Origin: Mytilus trossulus
Taxonomy: Eukaryota
Direction of reading: 5' to 3'
DNA: 64,000 nucleotides
Assembly: GCF_036588685.1 (NCBI RefSeq)
Contig: NC_086374.1
Span: 2,046,001-2,110,000 of the forward strand
The position numbers were made by a program, and so were the translations under genes. Below the pieces are notes generated by a model. The model was not told where the DNA came from. It did no database searches and saw nothing but the letters and a program-made list of their open reading frames with translations. Of this stretch, positions 59,986 through 64,000 are shown piece by piece (the stretch's first letter is position 1; each line of letters begins with the position of its first letter).

Positions 59986-62900
59986 TTATACGTGTGCTGA
60001 TCTGAAAGAGAAATAAAAGATATGCTAATGTTCATATTTGTACTTTTTCCACTAAACGTGTGAATATTATATGTATTATTTTTATGGTTTATCATTTTTG
60101 ATGGGTATGATAATAATTTGATTCATTCGTACCAGAATAAAAACGTCATAATATGAATGTATAAGGTGTCTTGCCAAAACAATAACTATCTGTAAAACTG
60201 ATTTGCATTGGATCTTGTAGTAGGTCTATGTATTTTTTTAAAGATCAACTCTTTAATGCTTGCGTAAATTTCGGCCTCGCGACATTCAATGTCGAAATGT
60301 GCATATGGTTCAGAACTTTGCAACAGACTACTAACACAAAGGTTCCTGGTTCGATTATCGTTCGGGATGAAAATTTCAGGAACTCAATTTTCGGCTCTCC
60401 CTTGACACCATTTGCGGGTATGGTCTTAAGGAAACGATGATAGTCCGTCGGAAGGGGACTATAAATGGCTGACCCGTGTTAAGAGAGAGCCATATCTCTT
60501 GCACGTTATAGACACCATTGTAGATTTCGAAAAAAGAGTAGGCTAATGCCGCTACAAGGCAGCACTCGCACCCGCACAATGGAAAGGGATTACTATCAGT
60601 GGCAAAACTTGTTTCCCAATCCACTATAAATAAATATGTTCAAACTAAACATTTGGTACCGGTGATGTTATTAATTGTTAATCAGAAGTGATTTTACCAT
60701 GTTTTCAATCATTCATGAAAATATATAAGAAATCTACATAGATGTAAAATTCAAATAATAGGTCATTTATATATAGGCCACCTTCGTTCTCAATGTTATT
60801 CGTCCTGTCCTGCTACAAAATATGGGAACAGGAAACTTCAAACTTCAAACTTCATCCGTTATTGTGCTATAATGACCGTTTTGGTCCTTTTTTTTACTTT
60901 TCATGATAAACACAAAATTACTACACTAACTATTTATCGGTTTGTTGGCAGTTTTTGTAATGCACATCGAAAACTGATTGTGTTGTTTTTAATTTTCAGT
61001 ATATTCATTTTATGACTTGTATGATAACTTACTCCACTTCAACTGGACATTCTGAATAAATTGCAACAGAAAATTCGTTTTCATCCGCTTCACTATCACA
61101 GTGAATAAGTAGTACATATGTTCCCGGCTTTACTGTGTAACAAGTGTCTACAGAAGTTCCCAATTGGTAAGGGCCATCACCACCTTCACTGTCTCTCAAA
61201 GTTTTGCTGTAGTTGTCATTTAGCCAGTCGTTATTAGCAGGAAAAATAGCTTTAGGAGCCTGAAAATTTAAACGTATTATTGTATCTCTTTTAAACCTTT
61301 TAAATCTTAAACATAGTTTTCAGATACTTTTCTTTGTGCTATATATACTTGATTTTACTGATGTAAACTTATATAAAAGCATTTTGTATGATATGATAAT
61401 TTCCTCTTTATTGCATCACAATGTGTTGATCGCATACTGTTAATGATGCTTTATGTATATTTAGAATTCCGGATGTCCGATATCATTTTTCTTAAATAAC
61501 AAAACCTATACATCTACTTAAATCAATTCAAAGATCCACTTACTCTAAAGAGTTTGATACCAAGTCCAAAGCCATTTTCCTTTTCTGGTTGCATTACTTC
61601 AACCCTAAATGTTTGTTCTGAAATATTTTGAAGATTAACATTAATGAGTAACGAAAACTTGTTCATCATTTGGTCTTGATCAATATAATATGTCATCGTT
61701 TTCTATAATATCATTGACATTCTATTTGAAAAATATAGTGCTATAAAATCCGAACACGCTTCTAGCAGACTACATCGAAGGCCTATTTTCTCAATGCTTT
61801 TTTTTTTTTTAAAGCAAAAGTTGTTACGCTATAGCCTCGTGTTTCTAGTTAAAACTAGTTATAATCCAACTGTATATGTTTTTACTAGTTATGTATTTAT
61901 GCTCTAATACTTGCAGCATTTTTTTTTGGACTACGTGTTAAGTGTACATATATATGTAAAGATTTTTCCTAACTTTAAGTAATTGTCGTAAGGTTAAGCA
62001 AGCGGTGCATGATATTTTCCGAGAACCAATGTAATTGAATGACTTCAACCCACCACTTTTATTCCCCTTTAAAAGTGTCCTGTACCAAGTCAGGAAGATG
62101 GCCATTGTTATAATATTGTTCGTTTTTGTGTGTGTTGCATTTTAACGTTGAGTCGTTTGTGTTTTCTCTTATTTTTGAGATATTGAGATAAGACGTGGCA
62201 CGGTACTTGTCTATCCCAAATTCATGTATTTGGTTTTGATGTTATATTTGTTATTCTCGTGGTGTTTTGTCTGTTGCTTGGTCCGTTTCTGTGTGTGTTG
62301 CGCTTCGGTGTTGTGTCGTTGTTCTCCTCTTATATTTAATGCGTTTCCCTCGGTTTTAGTTTGTTACCTCGATTTTGTTTTTTGTCCATGGATTTATGAG
62401 TTTTGAACAGCGGTATACTACTGTTGCCTTTATTTGATAAAACCACACCGAGCGCAATAATAAATGTGTTCAATTGCCAATAAAAACAATGAGTATCGTT
62501 GTTATTTTTTCTGTAATGTCATTTCTTCTTAAGGGTATTGATTGTAAACATATACTGAAGCTTATTTTCATCCTTTCTCACACTATCTGATCTTACCGTT
62601 TTTGACTTTCAGTTTATACTGGGGATTATTTGCAAACTTGTCACTCTCTATTGTTCCACCAGCATTAACACCACTTTTGAATGCACCAAATGAGCATTTG
62701 GTACATTCTGAAAAGAATATATCTTTATAGAATTTTGTATGAAACAACAAGAAAACATTTCTAGACCAAAATGACACAGAAATCAACAACTATAGATCAG
62801 TCCTTTTCTGATTTTACTTTTAATTACACTGCCTGACGAACTGTTAAAGAGAGTCAAAAGATACCAGAGGGAACAGAAGGACCAAATGTCATGACTAAAA

Positions 62901-63294
62901 CAAAATTTATTTCATTTAATCTTTACTCCGTTTATTTAGTAAATAACTTAAATGGATAATATATTATGGTAAATGCTTTCTTTAAGGTTAATTTAGTATG
63001 TATGAGGACAAAGTTACATGTACCCTACATAATGTCACTCAGTATGTGTGAGTTCAATTAGAACTATAACGTGATTATGTTATGCGTGAATACAAGAATT
63101 ATTATAACTTGATCTTAGTTTGTGCGAGTGCTACTATAAGTGAATTTTAACATTTGTGACTACACATCTGATTTTACCATCATTGATCATGATTGTAGTA
63201 TGTGCGAGTACAAAACTTACTAAAACGTGAATTTCCACCTGGTTTGTCGCCATTTCTTCCGTTTCCTGTCATTATTGTAATGTTGTCTAGTTCA
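59986..63294 (-). CDS. Tandem calpain paralog, last five exons: 63294-63221, 62707-62597, 61617-61544, 61259-61033, 60001-59986; 5' part lies beyond the right edge
   Basis: Exon sizes 74, 111, 74, 227, 16 versus 74, 111, 74, 230, 16 in the first calpain; open frames, conserved splice sites; ends SAHV-stop. Confidence 0.88.
60291..60650 (+). mobile_element. tRNA-derived SINE, probably Meta-domain type
   Basis: B-box-like ggttcgatt at about 60348; central gtccgtcggaaggggac...gcacgtta motif resembling the Meta domain; A-rich tail. Confidence 0.6.
62040..62435 (-). repeat. Copy of an abundant interspersed repeat family (also near 20825, 32410, 43765, 52050 and as a fragment at 1621)
   Basis: Shared end aataaaggcaacagtagtataccgctgttcaaaactcataaatc. 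Confidence 0.7.
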
Positions 63295-64000
63295 CTGAAA
63301 TTCAATGATAACTTTAATAAATAGAATGACAGATATGATATGAAACTAAGAGAAGTGGTAAGATTCCTTATATGACACCGAATGAAGTTCACATGATCAA
63401 TCTTTTACTGTGCCTATCCAATAAGCTTTGTGGTAGTGAATTACCTATTGCCTGACCAGTTTAAAAAATTTGTCAATACAATTTGTCCATTTAAATTGTA
63501 CAATAGGTATTGTGAGAGCTATTATCAACAGGTGGTCATTTAACTACCTGTAGATTTATTTACCTGGTTTGTTTTTGACAGAGCTATTTTAAATGAATGA
63601 TACATGTAGCTAGCTTGCTTTCCTCATGTTTAATGTCCTGAATGAACTATTCTATTTAGGTATGGGACATTTTACATAAATACAATATTTGTTCAGTTTA
63701 ATAAAGATATTTATTGTAAATTTATTCATTTTGCTTACAATCACAAATAAATCATTGCTGGTATATCCCACTTTCATAATGAAGAATAAAGCATTGAAAT
63801 TTCTATTCACTAAGCCATTTGTACTTTTTTGATATATTGAAAATAATTGTTAACAGTAATTCCAATTGAAGTAGATCCTGAATATTAAATGAAACTCAGC
63901 ATCACTACTATTCCATTTCTGGAATCTTAATATAACAGGAAACTATATCCTATTAGAAAACAATACGCCACACATAATTCATCTTGTAGAAATATTCACA

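Overview
AT-rich, intron-containing animal DNA. The repeat content suggests a bivalve, probably a Mytilus-like mussel (inference; no search was run). Genes were rebuilt by hand from GT-AG exons. (1) LRRFIP2-like gene, minus strand, first six coding exons 448-11758, running off the left edge. (2) Two tandem double-hotdog acyl-ACP-thioesterase-like genes (20084-21973, 27808-29491, plus), both ending in the peroxisomal signal SKL. (3) A two-exon acidic, disordered orphan protein with an MGC acylation N-terminus (32997-35191, plus). (4) A complete 16-coding-exon atypical calpain (36118-55393, minus; MGC N-terminus, intact Cys-His-Asn triad, two tandem CBSW/C2L domains, no penta-EF). (5) The last five exons of a tandem calpain paralog (59986-63294). 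Introns and intergenic DNA hold LINE and Penelope-like fragments, Helentron-type elements, DNA-transposon MITEs with readable TIRs/TSDs, a tRNA-derived SINE, minisatellites and about nine copies of a repeat carrying a minimal type I hammerhead ribozyme (retrozyme-like). Most notable: a canonical hammerhead in sense orientation inside a calpain intron; the orphan protein sharing its first 17 residues with the neighbouring calpain; PTS1-bearing Fat-type thioesterases in an animal; and tandem amplification of exon-end/5' splice-donor units in three unrelated genes. Most short ORFs in the supplied track are not genes.
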